A stretch of DNA of 64,000 nt from Candidatus Bathyarchaeota archaeon (GTDB lineage Archaea; Thermoproteota; CALKCG01; B24; DRYS01): positions 64,001 to 128,000 of the forward strand of contig JAGTQC010000003.1 in the NCBI GenBank assembly GCA_018396535.1, in the 5' to 3' direction. Shown here piece by piece: positions 30,457 through 39,821 of this stretch; positions within the stretch are counted from its first letter, which is position 1, and every line of letters starts with the position of its first letter. A program made the translations under genes and the position numbers. The notes beneath the pieces were generated by a model, which ran no database searches, was not told the DNA's origin, and saw only the letters and a list, made by a program, of their open reading frames with translations.

Positions 30457-31797
30457 GTGATAGGTATGGTTAGTAAGATAGATCTAAGGAAGAGGGTAAG
30501 GATAGCAGATGCACAGTATGGTGAGGTTGTACTAGCAGGGTTTGTACAGGATGTTAGAGTTTTAAAGAATGTAGTCTTCATGATCTTAAGGGATGTATCT
30601 GGTATAACCCAGATAGTATTCAAGAAGGGTTCTGTACCAGATGATGTATTCGAAGAAGTTTGCTCTATACCTAGGGAGAGTATCGTAGCAGTAAGGGGTA
30701 TTATGATCGAGAGCTCTATAGCTAAACTAGGTAGAGAGGTTATTCCTATAGAGTTTGAAGTTTTAAGTGAAGCCTCACAGCCTCTTCCGATAGAATTCCT
30801 CAACCCATCGGTTGAAACAGGGCTTAGCAGGAGGCTAGATTATAGGTTTATCGATCTAAGGAATCCTAGGGTTTTAGCTATATTCAAGATTCAGAGTGCT
30901 ATCACAGGTCTACTACACGAATTCTTCAGGAGTAGAGGTTTCATAGAGGTTCATACACCTAAGATAGTAGCTGAGGCTACCGAATCTGGTGCATCAGTTT
31001 TTCCAGTAGACTACTTCGGTAGGAAGGTCTTCCTAGCTCAAAGCCCACAGTTCTATAAGCAGATGCTTATGGCTTCAGGCTTCGAGAAGGTTTATGAGAT
31101 AGGTCCTGTATTTAGAGCTGAACCACATCATACACCAAGACATTTATGCGAATATACGAGTATAGATTTCGAAGTTAGCTACATAGAGAGCTACCATGAC
31201 GTTATGGATATAGTAGAGGATATGGTGGTGTACATAGTGAATCGTATAGGAGACATATGTAGTAGAGAATTCGAGATACTCAATGTTAAACCACCTAGGA
31301 TGGATAAAGGATTACCGAGGATAACGGTTAGAGAAGCGTATAGACTCGTAGAATCTAGAGGCTATAAGCCGACATATATGGAGGATCTAGATACTCGTGG
31401 AGAGAGGGTATTCTCTAAAGCTGTAGAAGAGGAGTATGGGTATAAAGCTGCTTTCCTCATAGAGTTTCCGTGGAGATCTGGGTCTAGGCCCTTCTACGTT
31501 ATGCGTAAGCTTGATGAGCCTGACTGGGCTTATAGTTTCGATCTAATATGGGATGGTTTAGAAATAACAACTGGAGGTCAGAGGGAGCATAGGTATGATA
31601 TACTTAGAAATCAATGTATCGAGAAAGGGTATAACCCAGATAACTTTGGTTTCTATCTAGAATTCTTTAAGTATGGTGTACCTCCGCATGGGGGTTCGGG
31701 TACGGGTTTAGAACGTCTAACTATGAAGATAGTGGATCTAGAGAATATAAGGGAGGCTGTATTACTCCCTAGGGATCCTGAGAGAGTTAAACCTTAA
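30457..31797 (+). CDS. aspS: Aspartate--tRNA ligase, archaeal type
   Basis: OB domain, RLDYRFIDLR, LAQSPQFYKQ, FRAE, PPHGGSGTGLERL. Alternative ATG at 30466. Confidence 0.95.
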   Translation: MIGMVSKIDLRKRVRIADAQYGEVVLAGFVQDVRVLKNVVFMILRDVSGITQIVFKKGSVPDDVFEEVCSIPRESIVAVRGIMIESSIAKLGREVIPIEFEVLSEASQPLPIEFLNPSVETGLSRRLDYRFIDLRNPRVLAIFKIQSAITGLLHEFFRSRGFIEVHTPKIVAEATESGASVFPVDYFGRKVFLAQSPQFYKQMLMASGFEKVYEIGPVFRAEPHHTPRHLCEYTSIDFEVSYIESYHDVMDIVEDMVVYIVNRIGDICSREFEILNVKPPRMDKGLPRITVREAYRLVESRGYKPTYMEDLDTRGERVFSKAVEEEYGYKAAFLIEFPWRSGSRPFYVMRKLDEPDWAYSFDLIWDGLEITTGGQREHRYDILRNQCIEKGYNPDNFGFYLEFFKYGVPPHGGSGTGLERLTMKIVDLENIREAVLLPRDPERVKP

Positions 31798-31842
31798 GCT
31801 TTTTAAAGAATTAATAAATCATTTTGATGCGAGGAGATAGAT

Positions 31843-32070
31843 ATGAGTCGATGCCGTATATCTAAGAGATATATCGATGAAGCTTTATCAATAGTACTTC
31901 AAGGTAAGGGTGCAGGTAAGGTTCCGCCAGATAAAGCTTTAGCCATGTTGAGATATGCATCTGAAGGTAAATTATCCTCCTCATCTGGGTTTCAATCTCT
32001 CCTAGAAGTACTGGAGTATATGGATCCAGAGAAGGCTAAGGATATAAGATCTAAGTGTGGTCTCCAATAG
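31843..32070 (+). CDS. Small hypothetical protein upstream of mer
   Basis: GAGGAG SD upstream; fills the aspS-mer gap. Confidence 0.55.
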   Translation: MSRCRISKRYIDEALSIVLQGKGAGKVPPDKALAMLRYASEGKLSSSSGFQSLLEVLEYMDPEKAKDIRSKCGLQ

Positions 32071-32083
32071 GGGGTTATCCTAT

Positions 32084-33079
32084 ATGAAGTTTGGTGTAGA
32101 GTTTGTTCCTAGAGAACCCTTCTGGAGGACGACTCTATATACTATAGAAGCTGAGAGGCTTGGATTCGATTACGTATGGATTACAGATCATTATAATAAT
32201 AGGAACGTCTTCACTACGCTCACTACCGCAGCGATATATACTAGAAGTATAAAGCTAGGTGTAGGTGTAACGAACCCGTATATAAGGCATCCGGCTGCTA
32301 CGGCATCAGCTGTAGCATCCCTAGCTGAGATGGCTCCTGATAGGGTGGTCTTAGGTATTGGAGCAGGGGATAGAGCTACACTTGAAGGTATCGGTATCGA
32401 GATAATTAAGCCTTTATCAGCTGTAAAGGAGTCTGTACATATAATTAAGGAATTACTAGCTGGAAACCAGGTCTCCATCGATGGGAGTGTATTCAAAGTT
32501 AAATCTGCTTCGTTAAACTTCAAATGTAGATCTCATGTACCCATCTATATAGGTGCTCAAGGCCCGCTGATGCTATCCCTAGCCGGTGAGATCGGTGATG
32601 GTGTGCTCATAAATGCAAGTCATCCCAAGGATTTCAGGTATGCTATAGAATATGTTAAGAAGGGGGTTGAGAAAGCTTCGAGAGATGTTAAGAGCGTGGA
32701 TATAGTAGCTTATACATCCTTCTCGGTAGCGGATGATGAAGCTAAAGCTGTGGAAGCATCTAAACAGGTGGTAGCTTTCATAGTAGCTGGAAGTCCTGAA
32801 GCTGTACTAGAGAGGCATGGTATAAATCTCGAGACTGCTTCTCGTATAAGAGAGCTTATAGTATCTGGGCGTTTCGGTGAAGCATTTAAATCCGTAACTA
32901 CCGATATGATCGATGCATTCAGTGTTTCAGGTAGCCCATCATCTGTAGCTAAGCGTATAGATGAATGCTTAAAGGTGGGTGTGACGCAATTCGTAGTAGG
33001 TTCACCTATAGGTCCACAGCCTTATGAAGCTATGAGGATTATCAGCTCTAAGATAATACCTATGTTTAAAGCTGAATAG
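32084..33079 (+). CDS. mer: F420-dependent methylene-tetrahydromethanopterin reductase
   Basis: MKFGVEFVP, WITDHYNNRN, GVTNPY, GAQGP, VLINASHPKDF, GSPIGP. ATG at 32084 preferred over GTG at 32057. Confidence 0.88.
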   Translation: MKFGVEFVPREPFWRTTLYTIEAERLGFDYVWITDHYNNRNVFTTLTTAAIYTRSIKLGVGVTNPYIRHPAATASAVASLAEMAPDRVVLGIGAGDRATLEGIGIEIIKPLSAVKESVHIIKELLAGNQVSIDGSVFKVKSASLNFKCRSHVPIYIGAQGPLMLSLAGEIGDGVLINASHPKDFRYAIEYVKKGVEKASRDVKSVDIVAYTSFSVADDEAKAVEASKQVVAFIVAGSPEAVLERHGINLETASRIRELIVSGRFGEAFKSVTTDMIDAFSVSGSPSSVAKRIDECLKVGVTQFVVGSPIGPQPYEAMRIISSKIIPMFKAE

Positions 33080-33158
33080 CACTTCTAACACATTATTTTA
33101 GTCTCTATAAATAATTCTTAAGCCACGTATCTATACCGACATCCTATCGGTGTAGTCT

Positions 33159-34166
33159 TTGAAGAGTGTAAGATACGCTGTTATCGGTCTAGGTAGGATA
33201 GGTAGATTGCATTGTGAAACGCTTAGATCGAGAGTCGATAAAGCCGAGCTTGTAGCTGTATGCGATCTATCAGAGGATCTAGCTAGATCTATAGGTGAAA
33301 AGCTTGGTGTAGAATGGTGTTCAGATTATTCGAAGATTCTTGTAAACCAGTATATAGATGCTGTAGTCGTAGCTACACCTACCTTTACCCATAAATCTAT
33401 AGTCTTAGAAGCTTTAGAGGAGGGGAAGCATGTATTCGTAGAGAAGCCTCTAGCTCCATCATCAAGCGAAGCTAAGGAGATAGTTTCTATAGCTAATAGG
33501 AAACGTCTTAAGGTTATGGTAGGTTATCAACGTAGATTCGATTACGCGTATAGGGAGGCTAAGCTTAGGATAGAGGAGGAGGGTATAGGTAGGCCTATAT
33601 GCTTCATCGATATAGCTAGGGATCCGCAACCCCCTTCAGGCTGGGCTGCTGATCCGAAGCTGAGTGGAGGTATATTCGCAGATATGCTTACACACGACTT
33701 TGATATAGCGAGATGGCTCCTAGGCTTGGAAGTATTGAAGGTATACGTATTAGGTGGAAACTTCTTCTATAACGATTTGAAGATGCTTGGAGACTTAGAC
33801 TTCGCTAATATTATGCTTGAATTTGAAAACGGTGTTCAAGGTTTAATACAGGGTTGTAGGAGATCTGTATACGGTTATGATTTGAGGACAGAGATTCTAG
33901 GGACAGATGGCACGATCTCTATCGGTTGCAGCTTCGATTACTCATTCTATCATGGTACTCCTGAAGGTGTAAGGTTTCGCGGGGCTCCGTGGTTTGAGAG
34001 AAGGTTTTATGAAGCTTACGTCGATGAGTTGAGGAGCTTCACAGAAGCTATACTAAACGACTCACCTCCTCAGGTTACCGTGGAGGATGGGTATAAAGCT
34101 CTATGTATAGCGGATGCATGTTGGAAGTCCTTTAGAGAGGGGCGAGTTGTATCTGTAGTCTATTAG
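33159..34166 (+). CDS. iolG: myo-inositol 2-dehydrogenase-like Gfo/Idh/MocA
   Basis: GLGRIG, EKPLA, GYQRRFD, RDP, GGIFADMLTHDFD, YGYD.RTE, RFYEAY; leads iolM/N/O-like genes. Confidence 0.8.
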   Translation: MKSVRYAVIGLGRIGRLHCETLRSRVDKAELVAVCDLSEDLARSIGEKLGVEWCSDYSKILVNQYIDAVVVATPTFTHKSIVLEALEEGKHVFVEKPLAPSSSEAKEIVSIANRKRLKVMVGYQRRFDYAYREAKLRIEEEGIGRPICFIDIARDPQPPSGWAADPKLSGGIFADMLTHDFDIARWLLGLEVLKVYVLGGNFFYNDLKMLGDLDFANIMLEFENGVQGLIQGCRRSVYGYDLRTEILGTDGTISIGCSFDYSFYHGTPEGVRFRGAPWFERRFYEAYVDELRSFTEAILNDSPPQVTVEDGYKALCIADACWKSFREGRVVSVVY

Positions 34167-34226
34167 AGTATTTGAGCTTTAAATCCCTAATACTCATTAG
34201 TCTACTCGTAGTGGGGGATAGGTGGG

Positions 34227-35417
34227 ATGCTAGCTGCAGTTCTCTATGCAGATTTCGATCCACGTAGAGGTTATGCTATATCTAGGGATGAAGTTGCTTC
34301 TCGTAAAGTTCGTGAAGGTAGTAGTGTATGGAGGAATCCTAGGCTTAGGCTAGAGGAGAGAGATATTCCAAAACCTAGGGGTAGGGAGGTGTTGATTAGG
34401 GTTAAAGCTGTAGGGATATGCGGTAGCGATATCCATATGGTGGAATCCGATAGCGAGGGCTATATGCTATACCCGGGTTTAACCAGGCTACCTGTAGTAT
34501 TAGGGCATGAATTTAGTGGTATCGTAGAGGAGGTTGGTGGAGGGGTTAGAAGCGTTAAACCTGGCGATATGGTTACTAGTGAGGAGATGCTTTGGTGTGG
34601 TGAGTGTTTGATATGTAGATCGATAGATGTGAATCATTGTACTAGGCTTAACGATCCCGGAGACCTTGAGTTTGGGGAGTTAGGTTTCACACATGATGGC
34701 GCTATGGCTGAATACGTCGTAGTTCATGAAAAGTATCTATGGAGTATAAACTCGCTTCTAGATAGGTATAGAAGTGAGGATAGGGTTTTCGAAGCAGGTA
34801 GCCTAGTGGAGCCTGCATCTGTAGCGTATAGAGCGATATTCAATAGAGCTGGAGGATTCGATCCAGGTAGTTATGTAGCTGTATGGGGTGCAGGACCTAT
34901 AGGCTTATCGGCTATAGCTTTAGCTAAAACTGCAGGTGCTAGTAGAGTTATAGCTTTCGAAGTAAGTTCTATCAGGATTGAGCTAGCTAGATCTATGGGT
35001 GCGGACTACGTATTCAATCCTATAGAGCTTGAGAGGATGGGTGTACAGCCTTGGGAGAAGATAATCGAGGTTACAGATGGATGGGGTGTAGATCTACACG
35101 TAGAAGCTTCGGGTGTACCTGAGCTACTTACTCAGATGGAGCGAAGTCTAGCTATAGGAGGTAAGATTGCATGGATAGGTAGAGCTCCTAGATCTGTATC
35201 GATGTATCCTGAGATATTCCAGGTTAGAAGGGGGCAGATATATGGTAGCCAAGGCCATTCTGGATGGGGTATATTCAGAAATGTTATAAGGTTAATGTCC
35301 TCTGGATCTATAGATACTACGAAGATGATAACTAGCAGGTTTAGGTTGAGTGAGATATTCAAAGCATTCGAGAGAGCTAGGCAGAGGGTGGATGGTAAGA
35401 TAACGTTGAAGCCTTAG
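34227..35417 (+). CDS. iolM: Zn-dependent scyllo-inosose 3-dehydrogenase
   Basis: N-terminal extension ...GSSVWRNP, GICGSDIH, YPGLT.LPVVLGHEFSG, EEMLWCGEC and GSQGHSG match the Thermotoga IolM pattern as recalled. Confidence 0.82.
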   Translation: MLAAVLYADFDPRRGYAISRDEVASRKVREGSSVWRNPRLRLEERDIPKPRGREVLIRVKAVGICGSDIHMVESDSEGYMLYPGLTRLPVVLGHEFSGIVEEVGGGVRSVKPGDMVTSEEMLWCGECLICRSIDVNHCTRLNDPGDLEFGELGFTHDGAMAEYVVVHEKYLWSINSLLDRYRSEDRVFEAGSLVEPASVAYRAIFNRAGGFDPGSYVAVWGAGPIGLSAIALAKTAGASRVIAFEVSSIRIELARSMGADYVFNPIELERMGVQPWEKIIEVTDGWGVDLHVEASGVPELLTQMERSLAIGGKIAWIGRAPRSVSMYPEIFQVRRGQIYGSQGHSGWGIFRNVIRLMSSGSIDTTKMITSRFRLSEIFKAFERARQRVDGKITLKP

Positions 35418-35475
35418 GATATAAGGATAGAGTTATTTCCTCAGATTATACCTGCATATATTCTGGTGTCTAGGC

Positions 35476-36435
35476 ATGACCTGTATAGTTAGTAGCCGTT
35501 GGTCTCAGCCAGTACTAGATCGCTTTAATCGTAAGATATACCTAGATCAGATGAGTACTAGTGAACTTGAAGGGAAGGTGAAGGAGAATGATATAGTCTT
35601 CCTTCCAGTCGGATCCTTAGAGGCTCACGGTCCTTTTGCACCGTTAGGTGAGGATACTATAATAGGCGTCTCCATAGCTGAGAGGGTAGCCTACGAGACA
35701 GGTGTTACGGTAGCACCACCTATACCTTACGGTAGTCATCCTAGTCATCACTACGGTATACCCGGTACTATCCCTGTTAAAGCTACGCTGCTAGCTGAGT
35801 ATGTAGCAGAGGTTATTAGATGGCTTTCTAACGCTGGGTTTAAGAAAATATTCATATGGAATAGTCATGGGCAGGAGTATGTTCTTCCGATAGCTAAGGA
35901 TTTAGCTATAGTAGAGAAGAGGGTACATGCGCTTATACTCGTTACTAGCTGGTGGGCTTGGGTTCAAGATATATTGAGGAAAGCTGGTAGTGGTGAAGAA
36001 GTAGCTCCGGGTGTAAGGATAGAAACACCGTTTATACATGCAGATGAGGTCGAGACAAGCATCATATGGTATCTAGCTCCGGATCTAATCGATGAAGAAA
36101 AGTTGAGGAAGGAGGGTGAATGGGGTGTATATAGGCCGCTACCACCTAGGTGGGTTAATACAGCTGGTAACGTGTTTACGGATAGACCGTTTAACTGGTA
36201 TGATGTAAGCGCTCTACCCGAGTTCTACTATTATCGTAAGGGTTTCGTAGGCTACGCTAATCTCGCAGATCCGGCTAAGGGTAGGATTATAGTCGAGAAG
36301 GTTATCGAGAGGGTTGTAGAATTTGTCGAATGGCTTAAGAGGAGTTATCCAGCTGGTAGGATACCTAGGACTTGGATAGAGTTTGAGGAGCTGTATTTCG
36401 ATAAGCCTAGATCGTGGTGTGAACCTAAAGGTTAG
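35476..36435 (+). CDS. iolN: 3-dehydro-scyllo-inosose hydrolase (creatininase family)
   Basis: PVGSLEAHG...GEDT, YGSHPSHH.GIPGT, HGQEYVLP, ETPFIHADEVETS. Confidence 0.82.
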   Translation: MTCIVSSRWSQPVLDRFNRKIYLDQMSTSELEGKVKENDIVFLPVGSLEAHGPFAPLGEDTIIGVSIAERVAYETGVTVAPPIPYGSHPSHHYGIPGTIPVKATLLAEYVAEVIRWLSNAGFKKIFIWNSHGQEYVLPIAKDLAIVEKRVHALILVTSWWAWVQDILRKAGSGEEVAPGVRIETPFIHADEVETSIIWYLAPDLIDEEKLRKEGEWGVYRPLPPRWVNTAGNVFTDRPFNWYDVSALPEFYYYRKGFVGYANLADPAKGRIIVEKVIERVVEFVEWLKRSYPAGRIPRTWIEFEELYFDKPRSWCEPKG

Positions 36436-36453
36436 AAGTTTACGGTTGATGAT

Positions 36454-37263
36454 TTGTTGAAGCTATCCGTAGTATATCTATTAACATCGGATCCCAGGTT
36501 TAGTCTAGGTGTAAGAGGCCCCCTAGATAGTCTACTACCGAAGATTAGATCTTTGGGTATAGATGGCGTAGAGTATAATATACCTAATCCTTTCGATATC
36601 GACGGCGTTAGGTTACGTAGGATTACCCACGATTACGGGTTAGATATACCTGTGCTATCGACAGGCTTATCGCATATCCTATATGGGATTAGTCTATCTA
36701 GTATAGATGAATATTCTAGATTGAAAGCTGTGGGGTGGATACGTCGATATATAGACTTGTCTTGCGTACTTGAATCGTATAGAATCGTCCTAGGATTGGT
36801 TAGGGGTAGGTGTGACGATCGTGATCTAGGTATGCGGTTTCTGATATCCTCCTTAATAGAGCTTGATCGTTATGCACATGATAGGGGTGTGGATATATTG
36901 TTAGAACCGTTAAGTAGTAGTGAAACAAATCTTGTGAATAATGTGGGGGAAGCTTTAAGACTTGTAGATATGTTTAGATCTGTACGTATCCTATTCGATG
37001 TTTATCATGTGTTAAACGAAGAGGGTGATATAGCTAGATCTCTAGAGTATGCTGGAAGATATATAAGGCATGTACATATAGCTGATAGGTGTAGAGGGGT
37101 ATCTGAGTTAGGGAAGCTTCCTGTAGATCAGCTTCTAAAGACTTTAAGTTTGATAGGGTATAGAGGATATATAAGCTTGGAAGCTAGGATCGAGTATAGT
37201 ATCGAAGAATCTATCAAGAAATTTGTAGATATTGTTAAAGGCTTCTCTCAGATTATAGGTTAG
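36454..37263 (+). CDS. iolO: 5-keto-L-gluconate epimerase-like TIM barrel
   Basis: MLKLS..., GLVRGR, EPL, DVYH, HIAD, SLE; follows iolN. Confidence 0.7.
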   Translation: MLKLSVVYLLTSDPRFSLGVRGPLDSLLPKIRSLGIDGVEYNIPNPFDIDGVRLRRITHDYGLDIPVLSTGLSHILYGISLSSIDEYSRLKAVGWIRRYIDLSCVLESYRIVLGLVRGRCDDRDLGMRFLISSLIELDRYAHDRGVDILLEPLSSSETNLVNNVGEALRLVDMFRSVRILFDVYHVLNEEGDIARSLEYAGRYIRHVHIADRCRGVSELGKLPVDQLLKTLSLIGYRGYISLEARIEYSIEESIKKFVDIVKGFSQIIG

Positions 37264-37350
37264 CTCTAGGATTACTCTAAGGTTATTATTATGGATAGGT
37301 AAGGGTAGAGGTAAAGTTATTAGTATAGATTAAACTCGTATAGATATAGC

Positions 37351-38412
37351 TTGTGGAGCTTTACTAGATCAGCATACCTAATCCATATACTACTCATCTA
37401 CACAGTTATAGGATCGTCTACGTATCTTAACCCTGGGTTAAGATACGTTGAGTATAGAGTTTACGATGTTAAGGATATAGCTGTCCTAACCTATCTAGGT
37501 TCTAACAAGACTGTTTATGTAGATTGGCTTGTACCTATGAATAATAGCCATCAAGTATCCTATATACTAGATTTGAATCCTAGCGTGTACGAAAGGTTTA
37601 CCGATAGATGGGGTAATACTATTTATAGGTTTAGGATCGATATAGATTTATATGGATCAACCTTCAGGATGGAGGGAAGATATCGCGTCGTATGCTATAC
37701 TTCTATACCTGCTATAGCAGCTGGAGGGTATGGTAGGGTTGAGGATATTCGCTTAGATGATCTAGATCCGATATACCTAGCTCCGAGTTTCTGGTGGAAT
37801 TTCACAGATCCAATGATATCCAGACTCATCGACAGGGTTAGATCAGCTCTACCAGGAGAATCTCGTATAGATGTATTGATCTTAGAGGCTAAGAGGATCG
37901 TCAATTCTAGACTATCATATAGGAGGGTGGATGAGAGGCTCGGTGCTTCTGAAGCTTTAAGGAAAGGTTATGGGGATTGCTCCGAGTTTTCAGATCTGCT
38001 AATATCTATAGCTAGGGGTTTGGGTATACCTGCTCGAAGGGTTTTAGGCGTGTACGTAGAGGATTCCGAAGTTAAAGGATGGCATGCATGGGTTGAGGTG
38101 TGGAGCCCATACTTAGGATGGATACCTATAGAAGCTACCGAACCCGTATTCCAAGCTAAAACTCTAGGCTATATCACATCGAATTATCTAGCTCTATATG
38201 TAGAAGGGTATCCTGAAGAGGTATCTAGTGATGATTTCAGGGATGAGGAGATAGTATTCGATGTTAAATTAATCGAGTATAGGAAGCTTATAGATGATCC
38301 TATTCTAGTTATAGCTAGGGATCTCGCTATATCATTATCGATAGCTGTGGTAGCTATAATATCCATCCATACAGTTGTTAAGAGGGTTTATAGGATTAGA
38401 AGACTCTGTTAG
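37351..38412 (+). CDS. Membrane-anchored transglutaminase-like (cysteine protease fold) protein
   Basis: GDCSEF, GIPAR, HAWVEV, GWIPIEAT; hydrophobic N- and C-termini. Confidence 0.85.
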   Translation: MWSFTRSAYLIHILLIYTVIGSSTYLNPGLRYVEYRVYDVKDIAVLTYLGSNKTVYVDWLVPMNNSHQVSYILDLNPSVYERFTDRWGNTIYRFRIDIDLYGSTFRMEGRYRVVCYTSIPAIAAGGYGRVEDIRLDDLDPIYLAPSFWWNFTDPMISRLIDRVRSALPGESRIDVLILEAKRIVNSRLSYRRVDERLGASEALRKGYGDCSEFSDLLISIARGLGIPARRVLGVYVEDSEVKGWHAWVEVWSPYLGWIPIEATEPVFQAKTLGYITSNYLALYVEGYPEEVSSDDFRDEEIVFDVKLIEYRKLIDDPILVIARDLAISLSIAVVAIISIHTVVKRVYRIRRLC

Positions 38413-39821
38413 GCTTCGTAGAGTCTGAATTCATCATGTATCGCTCTCACAGCTTCCTCTCCATCCTCCTCTTTAACTACGAATGATATATTGTATTCTG
38501 AGGAACCTTGCGCTATCATACGTACGTTTATCCCTTTCGAAGCTACAGCTTTAAATACCCTAGCTGCTACACCCGGTGTCCCCCTCATGCCAGCTCCTAT
38601 CACGGATACTATGCATACATCCGGCTCATAGTATATACTGCTAACTAGCGAGCCTGTAACAGTCGATTCTAAAGCTGAAACCCCTTTATCTAGTGAGCTT
38701 CTATCTACGACCATAGTTATATTTGCTTCAGAACTACTTTGTGAAATCATGAGTATATTCACGCCAGCTCTACCTAATGCTTCGAAAACCTTAGCAGCTA
38801 CTCCTGGTAGGCCAACCATACCCGTGCCTTCGACGGCTAGTAAGGCTACATCTCTTATCAATACCACAGTCTTAACTATACGTCTATCGATCTCAGGTTT
38901 ACCAGGTCCTATAAGTGTCCCTTGCCTACTCTTATCGAATAGATTCCTGATTCTAACAGGTATACCTTTAGAGATCACAGGGTCGAATACCCTTGGATGT
39001 AAGCCTTTAACACTGAATCTAGCTAGTTCTACAGCCTCCTCGTAGCTTAACCTATCTATAGTCCTAGCCTTCCCTTCGATCTTAGGATCGGCTGTCATTA
39101 TACCATCTACATGAGTCCATAGGCAGACTTCATCTGCATCTAAACATGCAGCTAAGATTGTAGCAGTGTAATCAGCTCCCCCACGTCCAAGGGTTGTTAT
39201 ACTACCATCAACCGTCGCACCGGAGAAGCCTGCTATTACAGGTATCGTACCGCGATCTACTAGAGGCTTTAATCTTCTAGAAACTTCTACTCTACTATTC
39301 TCTATCAGTGGGGTAGCATCTCCGAATCTACTATCTGTAACTATCCCAGACTCCCACCCTGCTAGATCTACAGCTTCGACCCCCTCCTCCCTTAACCTAC
39401 TAGCTACTATTATAGATGATAGAACCTCGCCGGTGGAGGCTATGTAATCCCTAGCTCTAGGAGTAACTTCTCTAAGCTTCAGACAGGTGTATAGAGTCGA
39501 TTTGATATCCTCTAGGACTTTATCTATCCTCTTAGAGACCGATTCCCTAGACTCGACTCTACGTAGAGCCTTCTCTACTAGACTTGAATGGGTTCTCCTA
39601 ATCAAATCTAAGTATTCTTCGATCTTCCCTTCGATACCTAGTTCGCTATACCTGCAGAGTGTTAAGAGACTATCTGTTACACCTTCGATAGCTGCTACGA
39701 CTACTACAAGCTTCCATCCGCTACCCACAGTGTCTCTTACTACATCGACTATCCTATCTATACCGTCAGCTGTAGCTACACATTTCTCACCAAACTTATA
39801 GACCAATATATCACTACCCAT
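38409..39821 (-). CDS. Aspartokinase-family protein with two ACT domains and divergent catalytic motifs
   Basis: AAK fold (TTLGRGG, VDGIMTADP) plus ACT domains (ILMISQSSSE, MIAQGSSE). True start is probably the ATG at 39821. Confidence 0.85.
   Translation of the reverse strand: MGSDILVYKFGEKCVATADGIDRIVDVVRDTVGSGWKLVVVVAAIEGVTDSLLTLCRYSELGIEGKIEEYLDLIRRTHSSLVEKALRRVESRESVSKRIDKVLEDIKSTLYTCLKLREVTPRARDYIASTGEVLSSIIVASRLREEGVEAVDLAGWESGIVTDSRFGDATPLIENSRVEVSRRLKPLVDRGTIPVIAGFSGATVDGSITTLGRGGADYTATILAACLDADEVCLWTHVDGIMTADPKIEGKARTIDRLSYEEAVELARFSVKGLHPRVFDPVISKGIPVRIRNLFDKSRQGTLIGPGKPEIDRRIVKTVVLIRDVALLAVEGTGMVGLPGVAAKVFEALGRAGVNILMISQSSSEANITMVVDRSSLDKGVSALESTVTGSLVSSIYYEPDVCIVSVIGAGMRGTPGVAARVFKAVASKGINVRMIAQGSSEYNISFVVKEEDGEEAVRAIHDEFRLYEA

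Noticed and set aside
2588-33455. Identical 15-mer GAGAAGCCTCTAGCT in three Gfo/Idh/MocA genes
   Set aside because: It encodes the conserved EKPLA motif with preferred codons; too short to claim gene conversion.
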